Of a DNA stretch of 64,000 nt, positions 1-8,700 are shown piece by piece. Source of the stretch: Caldilineae bacterium. GTDB taxonomy: Bacteria > Chloroflexota > Anaerolineae > JAAEKA01. The first letter of the stretch is position 1. Each line of letters starts with the position of its first letter. A model generated the notes under the pieces. It made no database searches, was not told where the DNA came from, and saw only the letters and a list, made by a program, of their open reading frames with translations. The stretch lies in NCBI GenBank assembly GCA_020634555.1, contig JACKBK010000009.1, positions 46,140-110,139 of the forward strand, written 5' to 3'. The position numbers and the translations under genes are program-made.

Positions 1-205
1 CATCCTCGCTAATCTCGACCGAGACCAATGTCGCGCGCATCGGGCCACGCATCACGGTCTCAGCGCGCAGCGACCACGAGCCGTCAGGCATGGACAACGT
101 TGCCAGCGCCACCTTTAGGTCTTCAAGCGACAGGCCAGCATCTACCAGACAGCCAAGAAACATGTCGCCGGAAAGGCCGGCCGGGAGATCAAGATAGGCG
201 ATCAT
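1..205 (-). CDS. larC: LarC-like nickel insertion protein (DUF111 family), N-terminal 68 codons only; gene continues past the left edge
   Basis: Own translation of the reverse strand from the ATG at 205-203 gives MIAYLDLPAGLSGDMFLGCLVDAGLSLEDLKVALATL..., a typical LarC/DUF111 N-terminus. It is missing from the ORF track because no stop lies in the window. It sits downstream of larB-larE on the same strand. Confidence 0.7.
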   Translation of the reverse strand, partial: MIAYLDLPAGLSGDMFLGCLVDAGLSLEDLKVALATLSMPDGSWSLRAETVMRGPMRATLVSVEISED

Positions 206-246
206 AGTCAATGGTAAAATGGTTATTGGTCAATGGTTGACGGCTA

Positions 247-369
247 GTAACTGCTCACCTGTCATTCCCGCGGAGGCGGGAATCCAAGTCTTCACAGGCG
301 CTAGACTCCCGCTTCCGCGGGAGTGACGCCTCCGCGGGAGTGACGCTACAGTGAGGGCTTAGCAGTGAC
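247..369. repeat. Palindromic MITE/REP-like dispersed repeat, copy 1 (between larE and larC)
   Basis: GTAACTGCTCA terminus, then arms GTCATTCCCGCGGAGGCGGGAATCC and CTAGACTCCCGCTTCCGCGGGAGTGAC. The right arm is partly duplicated. Same family as the 13559, 16182, 47600 and 50778 copies. Confidence 0.8.
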
Positions 370-466
370 GACGGCTATTCGATAAGTTGGGGAGTGGGCA
401 AGCGTTGTTGAACGTTCTGACCGCGTTCTCAGGCTGGCTTGTCGAGCACCGACCACTGGGAACCGC

Positions 467-1306
467 TCACAGCTCCAGCAGCGGGATCGCAGTTGCGGAG
501 TGTCCGTTCGTACCGTTCAACGATCCGCTGCGAAAACCAGCTAAATCCAGCGTGACATAACGATAACCGGCGGCCAGGACACCCGTGGTGATTTCGCTGT
601 GCAGACTGGCTGCCCGAGCCAGGTCTGCCAGCGGTAGCTCGATGCGAGCGATCTCATCGTGATGGCGGACACGGAACTGCGTGAATCCCAGCGCAACCAG
701 ACAGTCCTCGGCCGTCTCTATCTGGCGCAGCAGGGCCGGGGTGATGGCAGTGCCGTGGGGGACACGCGACGAAAGGCACGCCATGGCGGGTTTGTCCCAC
801 ACAGGCAGGTCCAACTGGCGGGCCAACGCACGCACTTCCTCCTTGGTGATCCCTGCCTCCAGCAGCGGCGAGCGGACGTTGTGCTCGCGGGCGGCTGTCA
901 TCCCCGGTCGAAAATCGCCCACATCGCTGGCGTTGTTGCCATCCAACACCGCGGACCAGCCCTCAGTGATAGCAACAACTTGCAGGCGATCGTGCAGCTC
1001 GGTCTTGCAGAAGTAGCAGCGGTCGAGCGGATTGGCGGCGTAGTTCGGGTCCAGGTGTTCCTCGGTGTCGATCAGGCGATATGGAACCGCCAGTTGTTCG
1101 GCCAGGTCGATCGCGGCGCGCATCTCGCGCGTCGGATAGCTGGGTGATACGCCGATGCAGGCCAGCGCGCGCGCTTGCAGCTCCTGGTGGGCGATGACCA
1201 TCACCAGCGCGCTGTCCACGCCGCCGGAGTAAGCCACCAGCACCGAGTCGCAACTGCGGATGATCTGCCGCAGGTTGACCAGCTTCTCGTTCAACTCAGG
1301 AGTCAT
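467..1306 (-). CDS. larE: ATP-dependent sacrificial sulfur transferase LarE (PP-loop ATPase)
   Basis: 279 aa with PP-loop motif VAYSGGVDSA near the N-terminus and a conserved Cys region (ACLSSR). Its ATG overlaps the larB stop in an ATGA. Confidence 0.85.
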   Translation of the reverse strand: MTPELNEKLVNLRQIIRSCDSVLVAYSGGVDSALVMVIAHQELQARALACIGVSPSYPTREMRAAIDLAEQLAVPYRLIDTEEHLDPNYAANPLDRCYFCKTELHDRLQVVAITEGWSAVLDGNNASDVGDFRPGMTAAREHNVRSPLLEAGITKEEVRALARQLDLPVWDKPAMACLSSRVPHGTAITPALLRQIETAEDCLVALGFTQFRVRHHDEIARIELPLADLARAASLHSEITTGVLAAGYRYVTLDLAGFRSGSLNGTNGHSATAIPLLEL

Positions 1307-2124
1307 TCGTTTCTTTCCCCCGCGGGAGGCTCTGCTTGCTGCGACTGGTCGTTGATGACCGCCGCCAGATGCCCGGCTCCGTATCCGTTGTCAATGTTGA
1401 CCACGGCAACGCCGGTCGCGCAGCTGTTGAGCATGGCCAGCAAGGCTGCCAGCCCGCCGAAGCTGGCGCCGTAGCCGACTGAAGTAGGTACGGCGATCAC
1501 CGGACAGCGCACCAGTCCACCCAGCACGCTGGCCAGCGCACCCTCCATACCCGCCACCGCGATAACGACGTTCGCGCCTTGCAGCGTTGCCACATGCGGC
1601 GTCAGCCGGTGCAGCCCGGCTACGCCGACATCGTAAACGCGGGTAACGGCATGGCCCATCAGGTCGGCGGTCAGCGCGGCTTCCTCGGCCACCGGCAGGT
1701 CGCTGGTGCCCGCGGCGCACAGAACGACCCCTGGTTTACGTGCTCGTTGTGGATTGCGATCCAGCCAAATTGCCCGCGCCAGGCTGTGATATTGCAAATC
1801 GGGTGTCAGCGCTTGAGCCGCTTCGTACTGGGCCGGCGTGGCGCGGGTTGCCAGCACCTGCGCGCTGCGCTCCGCCAGCCGATTGCAGATCAGGGCGACC
1901 TGCTCCGCTGTCTTGCCAGGGCAAAAGACAACTTCGGGGAAACCCCAACGCAGCCCGCGGTGATGGTCCAGCGTCGCGAACCCCATGTCTTCGAAGGGCA
2001 GCGCTCGCAGGTCATCCACCGCGGCGTCGATGGACACCCGTCCGTCGGCCACCATCCCCAGCAAGACGCGGATACTTTGTTCGTTCATGGGCAACAGGAT
2101 AGCCGGGCCGATCTCCTTTGTCAA
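1303..2124 (-). CDS. larB: Nickel-pincer cofactor biosynthesis protein LarB (PurE-like)
   Basis: 273 aa with a C-terminal PurE/AIR-carboxylase-like fold pattern (VVLCAAGTSDLPVAEEA..., VIAVAGMEGALASV). Start is uncertain: TTG at 2124 or ATG at 2088. Confidence 0.8.
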   Translation of the reverse strand: MTKEIGPAILLPMNEQSIRVLLGMVADGRVSIDAAVDDLRALPFEDMGFATLDHHRGLRWGFPEVVFCPGKTAEQVALICNRLAERSAQVLATRATPAQYEAAQALTPDLQYHSLARAIWLDRNPQRARKPGVVLCAAGTSDLPVAEEAALTADLMGHAVTRVYDVGVAGLHRLTPHVATLQGANVVIAVAGMEGALASVLGGLVRCPVIAVPTSVGYGASFGGLAALLAMLNSCATGVAVVNIDNGYGAGHLAAVINDQSQQAEPPAGERNE

Positions 2125-2474
2125 GGATTCCCTACGCGAGAATCAAGACAGCCGCCCGGACGGGCGGACCCGGCACTCCGATCAATGAAAATGAGCGGGA
2201 CTCGGTCGGAGACCGGCCCGAGCGAAGCTTTATTTTCGAAGCAGAGGCGGCGTCCAATATCCGGTTAAGTCAGAGCTGCGGGGCAATCTGGCCAGTATGT
2301 TACCAGATTGCCCCGCCTTTCGGTCAGTTGCCCGTAAGAAACTACTCAACCTGCCGGCACGGCGACTTCGGAAGTCGCTGCAAACCTCAGAAAGGTACAA
2401 TGTCCTGTGAAAGGGGCGCTTTCTCATCGAGTCGGCGACTTCCGAAGTCTTGGCCTGAGCAGTTATGCCCGGGA

Positions 2475-3092
2475 CTATGACTCGGGCGTCCCCAAAGACT
2501 CTATCAGCAAACGCAGGTCGGCATGGATGGCGTCCAGTTTCTCCATCAATGCCTCGTAGGTCGGATTGGGGTCGCCACCGCCCGGATCGCCACCGGTGCC
2601 GGGGTCACCGCCTTCGTCACTTATCTGGAAGGTGAGGAAGAGTGGTCCGATATGGTTGGTGCCGCCCAGCATGCCGATTCCAGACATTCCATCGCTGGGC
2701 AGGGACGGACTTAGAACCCAGACGGTGTGTGGACCGCCTTGAGCCAGGTCCCGAATGTAGGAGCCGGTGCCCAGGCCGAAACCGGTAAATCCGGCGCCGT
2801 CGGTGGACTGGTTGACAGCGCGGTCTTTCCACAGGGTCTTGAGGCCCTGATTCCGCAGGTCGGGAAGCGAGTTGTCGGGCCAACTGTTGGCTACCGGCTG
2901 GCTCGATTTGGCGAGTCCTTGTTCGTCGATTACCCGTACCTTGAGTGTGGCAGGTCCCTCAGTTTCATCCAACCGTACGAGTTTGAACTTGCGCCCCGCG
3001 CCGGCATCCAAAAACTGCACGTTGCCAAATTTGCTGTGCAGCCAGGCCATATCGCGGCGATTACCCTCTTTGTCATAGATCTCCGGTGGCAT
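2475..3092 (-). CDS. Hypothetical protein, no signal peptide, Gly/Asp/Pro linker plus short C-terminal helix
   Basis: Start trimmed to the ATG at 3092 (MPPEIYDKEGN...), preceded by AAGGAG. The longer track ORF would overlap the upstream gene. No family recognised. Last gene of the CHAT cassette. Confidence 0.6.
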   Translation of the reverse strand: MPPEIYDKEGNRRDMAWLHSKFGNVQFLDAGAGRKFKLVRLDETEGPATLKVRVIDEQGLAKSSQPVANSWPDNSLPDLRNQGLKTLWKDRAVNQSTDGAGFTGFGLGTGSYIRDLAQGGPHTVWVLSPSLPSDGMSGIGMLGGTNHIGPLFLTFQISDEGGDPGTGGDPGGGDPNPTYEALMEKLDAIHADLRLLIESLGTPES

Positions 3093-3162
3093 GAAGTTGC
3101 TCCTTCTTTGTGGATAGTTGCCAATCACAGTTCGGTCGGTTCGGCGTCGACGGGATTGGGCG

Positions 3163-4383
3163 TCAAACCAGCGCTTCGCCGGTTGTTGATGGGCTTTCGT
3201 AGGCGATGTTGCCCCAGTCACCAACCGGCACATAGTAGACCCGCACCTCTCCTGTTTCCAGGTTTTCGGCGCGCTGGGCGACGTAAGCAATGCCTTCATG
3301 GGACAGTTCGAACTCAGGTGAATTGGGTACAAACCCGGCGGCGAAAATCTGCTTCTGCAAAGCCGCGTTGGGGTTGAATTCGATCACCTGGCGGCGCTGG
3401 GCTTCTGCCAGCAGCGCCTGCTCCAAAGTTTCGGCCGGTTCAGGGTCTGGCGTTGGATCGGGATCGGGGATCGGTGTTGGCGTCGGAACTGGCTCCTGAG
3501 TCTGCAAGGTTGCCAGCCGGTCGATGATGCCGCCGAGGTGCTCGAAGCTCTCCCATTTCGGCCAGCCGCCCGAAGCGCCGACCACAAACAGCAGCGCGGC
3601 ATCCACGAAGTCGTCCTCCATCAGGTGCTCGTTGTACCACAGCAGCGACTTCCAGTAGTCGTCCTCGGATACCTCAGGATCGGCCAGCCAGCCGACGTCG
3701 TTTCGACCGACCACGCCCTGCGTCATGCCGCATTCGGTGATGATTACCCGGTGCTGGTTCCCATAGACCCGGCGTACATCGGTCATGACACGGCGGTAGC
3801 GCAGGGTGAGCCACATGCCGCCCTCGTTCTTCTCTTCGATGTTTTCCTTGTGCAGCCGCCACATGGTCGGCCAGTCGTACTCGTGGAAGCCGAGATAGGT
3901 GTGGGTCTCCAGTGTGCCGGGGAAATAGTCCACAAAATCCTTGCCCAGCATGTTGCCGGTCGCGAAGTTCATGGCGATGGGTTCGAAGCCGGCAGCTTTG
4001 ATCTTCTCGCCGAACGCGACCTGGAATTCGTCGTATTTGCGCTTACGGTCCGGGCTGGCGCTCTCCGGGAAAACCTCGTTGTACGACTCCCAGGCGTCAA
4101 ACAGCGGCTTGCCCTGGAAGGTCGTCTTGGCAGCTTCCTGCCGCAGGATGCGATCGGCGAACGCTCGTCCGTTCTCCCTGGGGTTGTCGGCGAAGCGCTC
4201 CTGCTCCGCCAGATCCGCGACGATGCGTCCGATCAGAAACGCGTCGGGGTGGACGGCGCGCACCCGGGTCCAGAAACCGACGTTGGAGTCCAGCGCCTTG
4301 ATCACCGCTGGTTTGATGCGCTTGATAGCTTCCAGCACGTCGTCGCCCGTGCGGTTGACGTGGAAGCCATATTTGTGGTTCAT
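3163..4383 (-). CDS. Clan GH-A-like (beta/alpha)8 glycoside-hydrolase-like protein with Pro-rich linker and unknown C-terminal domain
   Basis: Start at the ATG at 4383 (MNHKYGFHVNRTG...) with GGAGA upstream. WESYNEV (acid/base-like NE) and VIITECG (nucleophile-like TE) are spaced as in clan GH-A. Linker PVPTPTPIPDPDPTPDPEP. No signal peptide. Confidence 0.5.
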   Translation of the reverse strand: MNHKYGFHVNRTGDDVLEAIKRIKPAVIKALDSNVGFWTRVRAVHPDAFLIGRIVADLAEQERFADNPRENGRAFADRILRQEAAKTTFQGKPLFDAWESYNEVFPESASPDRKRKYDEFQVAFGEKIKAAGFEPIAMNFATGNMLGKDFVDYFPGTLETHTYLGFHEYDWPTMWRLHKENIEEKNEGGMWLTLRYRRVMTDVRRVYGNQHRVIITECGMTQGVVGRNDVGWLADPEVSEDDYWKSLLWYNEHLMEDDFVDAALLFVVGASGGWPKWESFEHLGGIIDRLATLQTQEPVPTPTPIPDPDPTPDPEPAETLEQALLAEAQRRQVIEFNPNAALQKQIFAAGFVPNSPEFELSHEGIAYVAQRAENLETGEVRVYYVPVGDWGNIAYESPSTTGEALV

Positions 4384-4402
4384 GGTGTGTCTCCAGAAGC
4401 TG

Positions 4403-5536
4403 CTACTGTGGCTTGCCGCCCAGAAGCTTTCTGATCCAGTCAATGAGTGAGTTGTTGCCTGGCTTGGGCTGATCCGGTTTCGGGTCAGGGGTGGGCGTGT
4501 CGGGCGTTGGTTCCGGCTTGGGTGCGGCGCCAGTAATGGTGAACGCCGAGCGGCCGTTGTCGGCGATGTACTTGTAGGGCAGACGCGCGTAACCGGCAGC
4601 CAGGTCGCTCTCGCTGGCCCAGCCCTCGCCCCAACTGTTGCGCACGATGAAATAGCCGCCGCCTGGTACCGCCGTATCGTCCTGGTAGCCCACCATGATC
4701 ATCGCGTGCCCGCCGATGTTGGGGTCAGATGAGAGCGGCACCCGGATGTTGCCGTCCAGTTTGGCCGGTTCTGTCAGCCAGTAGCGGAAAACCGGCACGG
4801 AAAAGGCGACCGGTTTGTCCTCAGCCAGTTTCTTTTTGAGGGTGTCAACCCAGCGCGGCTGGAGCTTTTCACTGCCCTCGACCTTGTAGTCAGCCGCTGC
4901 TTCGGCTGCCCCTTCGGGCGGTGGACCCTGGCCTTCGTTGCCCGCGATCTTATCCGGGTTGTACGGCCAGACCTTCTCGACACAGACGCCGGTGTCCTTC
5001 AGCACGTCCATGGCGATATTGATCCACGTTCCCTCGCCCGGCCATTTGTCGCGATCCTTGCACGCCCAGTAGAGAAACTGCTCCGACAGATTGGCGCTTG
5101 TGCTGTCCTCGCCTTCCAGGAACTCGCGCACGCCGGCGCAGGCATGGGCGACGCAGGTGCCGCGGCTGCGTTGGTTGCGCACCGCCGGCATTCTGGCGAT
5201 CAGGTTGACGCTGGGTGGCGTCACGACGCGGGCCGCCCTGGGCGGTTCGTCGGCGGGATCCGCACCCTCCATTTCGTCCAGCGCGCCGGTGCCGAAGACC
5301 TCCAGCACATCGCGCACCGGCGCAAAGTCAGGCACGGCGGCCTGTGCCTGCGCCACCAGCGCCGCCGTTTCGTCGGGGGTGGCGTTCAGATACTCAGCCA
5401 GCCCGCTGACGCCATCACCTTCCGCGGCGGCAATCAACTCCTCGGCCGTGGTGATCCACAGGCCGGCCAGTTGCTCAGCAGCGTCCGCCGGAAATCCATC
5501 GATACTTGTCAACAATGTCCCTAGTTTATCGGCCAT
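4403..5536 (-). CDS. Papain-like cysteine peptidase (family C1) with N-terminal helix-hairpin-helix-like domain
   Basis: NQRSRGTCVAHA (catalytic Cys128 at nt 5153-5155), GGHAMIMVGY (His), VRNSWGEGW (Asn-Ser-Trp). No signal peptide. Pro-rich tail PKPEPTPDTPTPDPKPDQPKP, then NNSLIDWIRKLLGGKPQ. Confidence 0.85.
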   Translation of the reverse strand: MADKLGTLLTSIDGFPADAAEQLAGLWITTAEELIAAAEGDGVSGLAEYLNATPDETAALVAQAQAAVPDFAPVRDVLEVFGTGALDEMEGADPADEPPRAARVVTPPSVNLIARMPAVRNQRSRGTCVAHACAGVREFLEGEDSTSANLSEQFLYWACKDRDKWPGEGTWINIAMDVLKDTGVCVEKVWPYNPDKIAGNEGQGPPPEGAAEAAADYKVEGSEKLQPRWVDTLKKKLAEDKPVAFSVPVFRYWLTEPAKLDGNIRVPLSSDPNIGGHAMIMVGYQDDTAVPGGGYFIVRNSWGEGWASESDLAAGYARLPYKYIADNGRSAFTITGAAPKPEPTPDTPTPDPKPDQPKPGNNSLIDWIRKLLGGKPQ

Positions 5537-5706
5537 CGGTGTGTTCCTTTCTGTCGGCTGGCTATTCAGCCTCGCGTCCCGTCTCTCCCAAGTTAAACGG
5601 AAACTCGCCGCTTATTCATGCACGTAACGTGCTCATGCTTGACCAAGTGTATCGACAAGCGCTTGCAGGAGCGTGTTGATTCCGTTGAAGGGCTGAAGAA
5701 CAATTT

Positions 5707-8700
5707 TCATGACCTTACTCTCAGTGTCAGCCCGTCGTCGCGGTACTGCCGCCAGAAGATCTCCTCGCTGGTGCGGTAGAGCGCTTGTTCCAGATCCTGG
5801 TTCCAGCCGGCTGGGCCGCCCCGGCGTTGGCGCAGGTTTGCCAGGCTGTCCTCGTTGCCCAGACTGGCCAGCGCGTCGATGGCCTTGCGCCGCAGGTATT
5901 GCTGGTTGGGTGCGCTGAAACTGGCGAAGTGGGGCGCCGCATCGGCCGGCGGCTCGCCCTGCGCGATTGCTTCCATCAGCAGCCGGTCGCGGGTGTCGGC
6001 CAGGCGGGCCAGCGCGTCGATAGCCACCGCCATCAGATTAGGGTCGGCCGCGTCGCGAATGCAGCGTTCCAGCAAGAACGCGCGCGCTTCCGGGCTCTGC
6101 CAACGCACCAGTCCGATCAGGTAGGCCAGACACTTCAGTTGTTGCAAACCTCTCGCGCCGGGCGGCAGCAGTGTGTCCAGGTTGTTGAGTAACGGGATCA
6201 GCACCGCCTGGCGCACGGTGGGCAGATCCACGGTTGCCAGCGCGTAGGCAACTGCCCAGTGGGTCGCCTCGTCCATCTCGCCGTGGAGAAACTTGTCGGC
6301 CAATGCATCGATGGCCTGCTGGGCCGCCGGTTGCCCCTCGGGCGAGAGCTTCAGTTGCATGTGCAGGTCGCCCAGGGCCATGGCTGCCAGGCCCTGGGCG
6401 CTGGTGTTAACGTCCTGGTCCAGCCATTCAATCAGCAGCGGCACGTCGCGGCTTTGCCAGAGGTAGAGCAGCTCCGTCAGCACCAGGTCGATCCCGGCCA
6501 GTAACTCCTCCTGGTCGGTCTCGCCCATGCGCAGCAGGCCGATGATGGCAGCCATGCGCACGTTGCTGTAGTCGTAAGCCGCGCCGCCGCGCCGGTCGAG
6601 TCGCGTTTGGTAGTAAGCGGTCTTGGCCAGTTGTTCGACGGCTCTGGGACTGGCGATCTGGCCGAGCAGCTCAGCCGCGCGGCTGCGTTGGGCTGAGTCA
6701 GGCTCGTTGGTGCTCTGCAATCGCCAGATCAGGGCCGCGGTCACGGTGTCGTTGAGGCTGGCGATCTCCTCCGGAGGCGGCTGGTTAGCCGCCTCCGACA
6801 GACAGCGTGCGGCCAGGAAGGTACGTTCGCTCTCCAGCAGGTTCATGCCGTAGACCATGATCTCCAGAAACGGGGCCACGGCGTCCGCGTCTCCCGCCAA
6901 CAAACCGGCGCTGAACACCAACGTTTCCTCCCACCAGTGCAACCGGGAGAGGCGTCCCAGGGTCGAGGTGATGTCGTCCAGCGACTCTTCCCGGTCGGGA
7001 CGGGCGATGATCTCTCGTGCGCAGCAATAGGCCTGGATGCGGCCGTAGGCAAAGCGCAGCGAGTCGATGCCGTAGGTGGTCAGGAGGCGGTTGGCGACCA
7101 GCGCCTCCACCATTCGCTCCAGGCTGTACTCGCGGTCGCCCCGCACCGCTTTCATGATGGCAAACGCGTCGGCCAGCGACAGCTCGCGCACTCGCCCGGT
7201 CTGCAACCGCCAGGCCAGCGCGTTCAAAATCTGGTCAATATGGCTGTGCAGCCCCTGGCGATTCAGGGTCGGCGTCTGGCTGCTGCGGGTCATCCGGTCA
7301 ACCGTGCCGGCCACGGCGTCGTCCACGATCTTGCCCAGCATCTGTGTGCGCGACTCAGGATACGTTCCGTCGCGCGCGTGGGACAACAGCTTCACCATGA
7401 ACCAGGGCACCGCGGCCAGGTCGTAGATGCCGAAGCGGTCCAGGCGCTCCAGTAGGGGCAGTCCGCCGCGGTCATTGGCAGGTAGGTGTTGCAGGAAGTG
7501 GCGGATGCGGCGGCGTGACATGGGCTGCAGGATGAGGAGGTGCTGGTCCAGCCCGGCAAACCAACGTGCGTCGAATGTTTCCAGGTTGGCCCCAACGACG
7601 TACTGGTGCTGTGGATGCTGGATGATAAACTGGCGCAGCCGGTTCAGCCAGGCGGCCTGCTCGCGTTCCGGCAAGCTGTCGTCGGTGTTGAAAACGAAGC
7701 GCAGCAGCGGCTCACGGCCTGCCAGCAGACCGGACGTCACTGCCGCCGCGCCCGGCCAGATGGCCTCCAACTTTTCGGCTACGAGCTTTTCGATCAGATC
7801 GTTGGAAGCCAGCGAGGTGCTGGGCATCGTCTCCAGATCGATGTACACCGGCAGCACGAAGTCCGCTTCGCCTGGATTCAGCGACATCCTGGCGGTATTC
7901 CAGACGATGCGCTTGAGCTGTGTCCCCCGGTTGCTGCCATAGCCGCCCAGCAGCGCAAGCACCCGCGGCCCGTCGCCGTGCCCATCGTGAGGCGTATGTC
8001 GTTCAAGGACCTCTTCCAGGGCGTTCCAGATGTCGATGGATGCTGTCGACTCGCCGCCGGCGGCCTGAAACTGGCTCAGGTCCTGATGGCCGGTGATGTG
8101 GACTGCTTCCACCGGCAGCGGGATGTACTTGCCGTTGGCCGGATCGAAGAAGCTGAACCGCGGGTCAGCCAGGATGTTTTCCAACGCTGTGCGGGCCGGG
8201 TTGGGCGCCAGCAACTGGCCGTCGGTCAGGCGCATGAACAGGACAGGCACATGGGCGGCCGGCCACCGGCCGGAGAGCAGAGCGGCCCGCGCCTGGTTGC
8301 TGGCCAGGTCCACTTCCCCGTGCCGAAGAAGCTGGCGATAGAAGGCTTGTGTGAAGGCGCGCGCTGTGTTGATGGGCACCAGGTCTTGCATAGCCAACAC
8401 GGCCGGCACGCCGGCCTGTACCAGCCGCGGCGCAAACGCGCGGAAGGCGTCGGTCGGGTCAGCTGTGGCGCTCTGGCAGCTTGCCAGGAAGACCAGCCGC
8501 AGCGCATCGGGCCGTTGAGCCGCGTCGCGCGCGTGCAGCGCCAGCAGGCCGGCGTGCTCGTCGGCGTAGATGTGGCGAACCTGGTTGTTGCGATTGGCCA
8601 GCAGAATCACTGCACGGCCATGGCGGCTGAGCGCCCCGTGCGCGATCAGGTGCAGGACGTGTGCACCGTTGCTCAGCGCGGCGTCGATGGCCTCCAGCGT

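Noticed and set aside
2125-2474. RNase P RNA, tmRNA, SRP RNA or 6S RNA in the 350-nt gap
   Set aside because: None of the universal core sequences (for example the GAGGAAAGTCCGGGC-type P4 strand, or the tmRNA tRNA-like ends) is present on either strand.
2118-2480. 120-aa plus-strand ORF in the larB upstream gap
   Set aside because: No RBS and junk-like sequence. It spans hairpins and palindromes, so the region is better read as non-coding.
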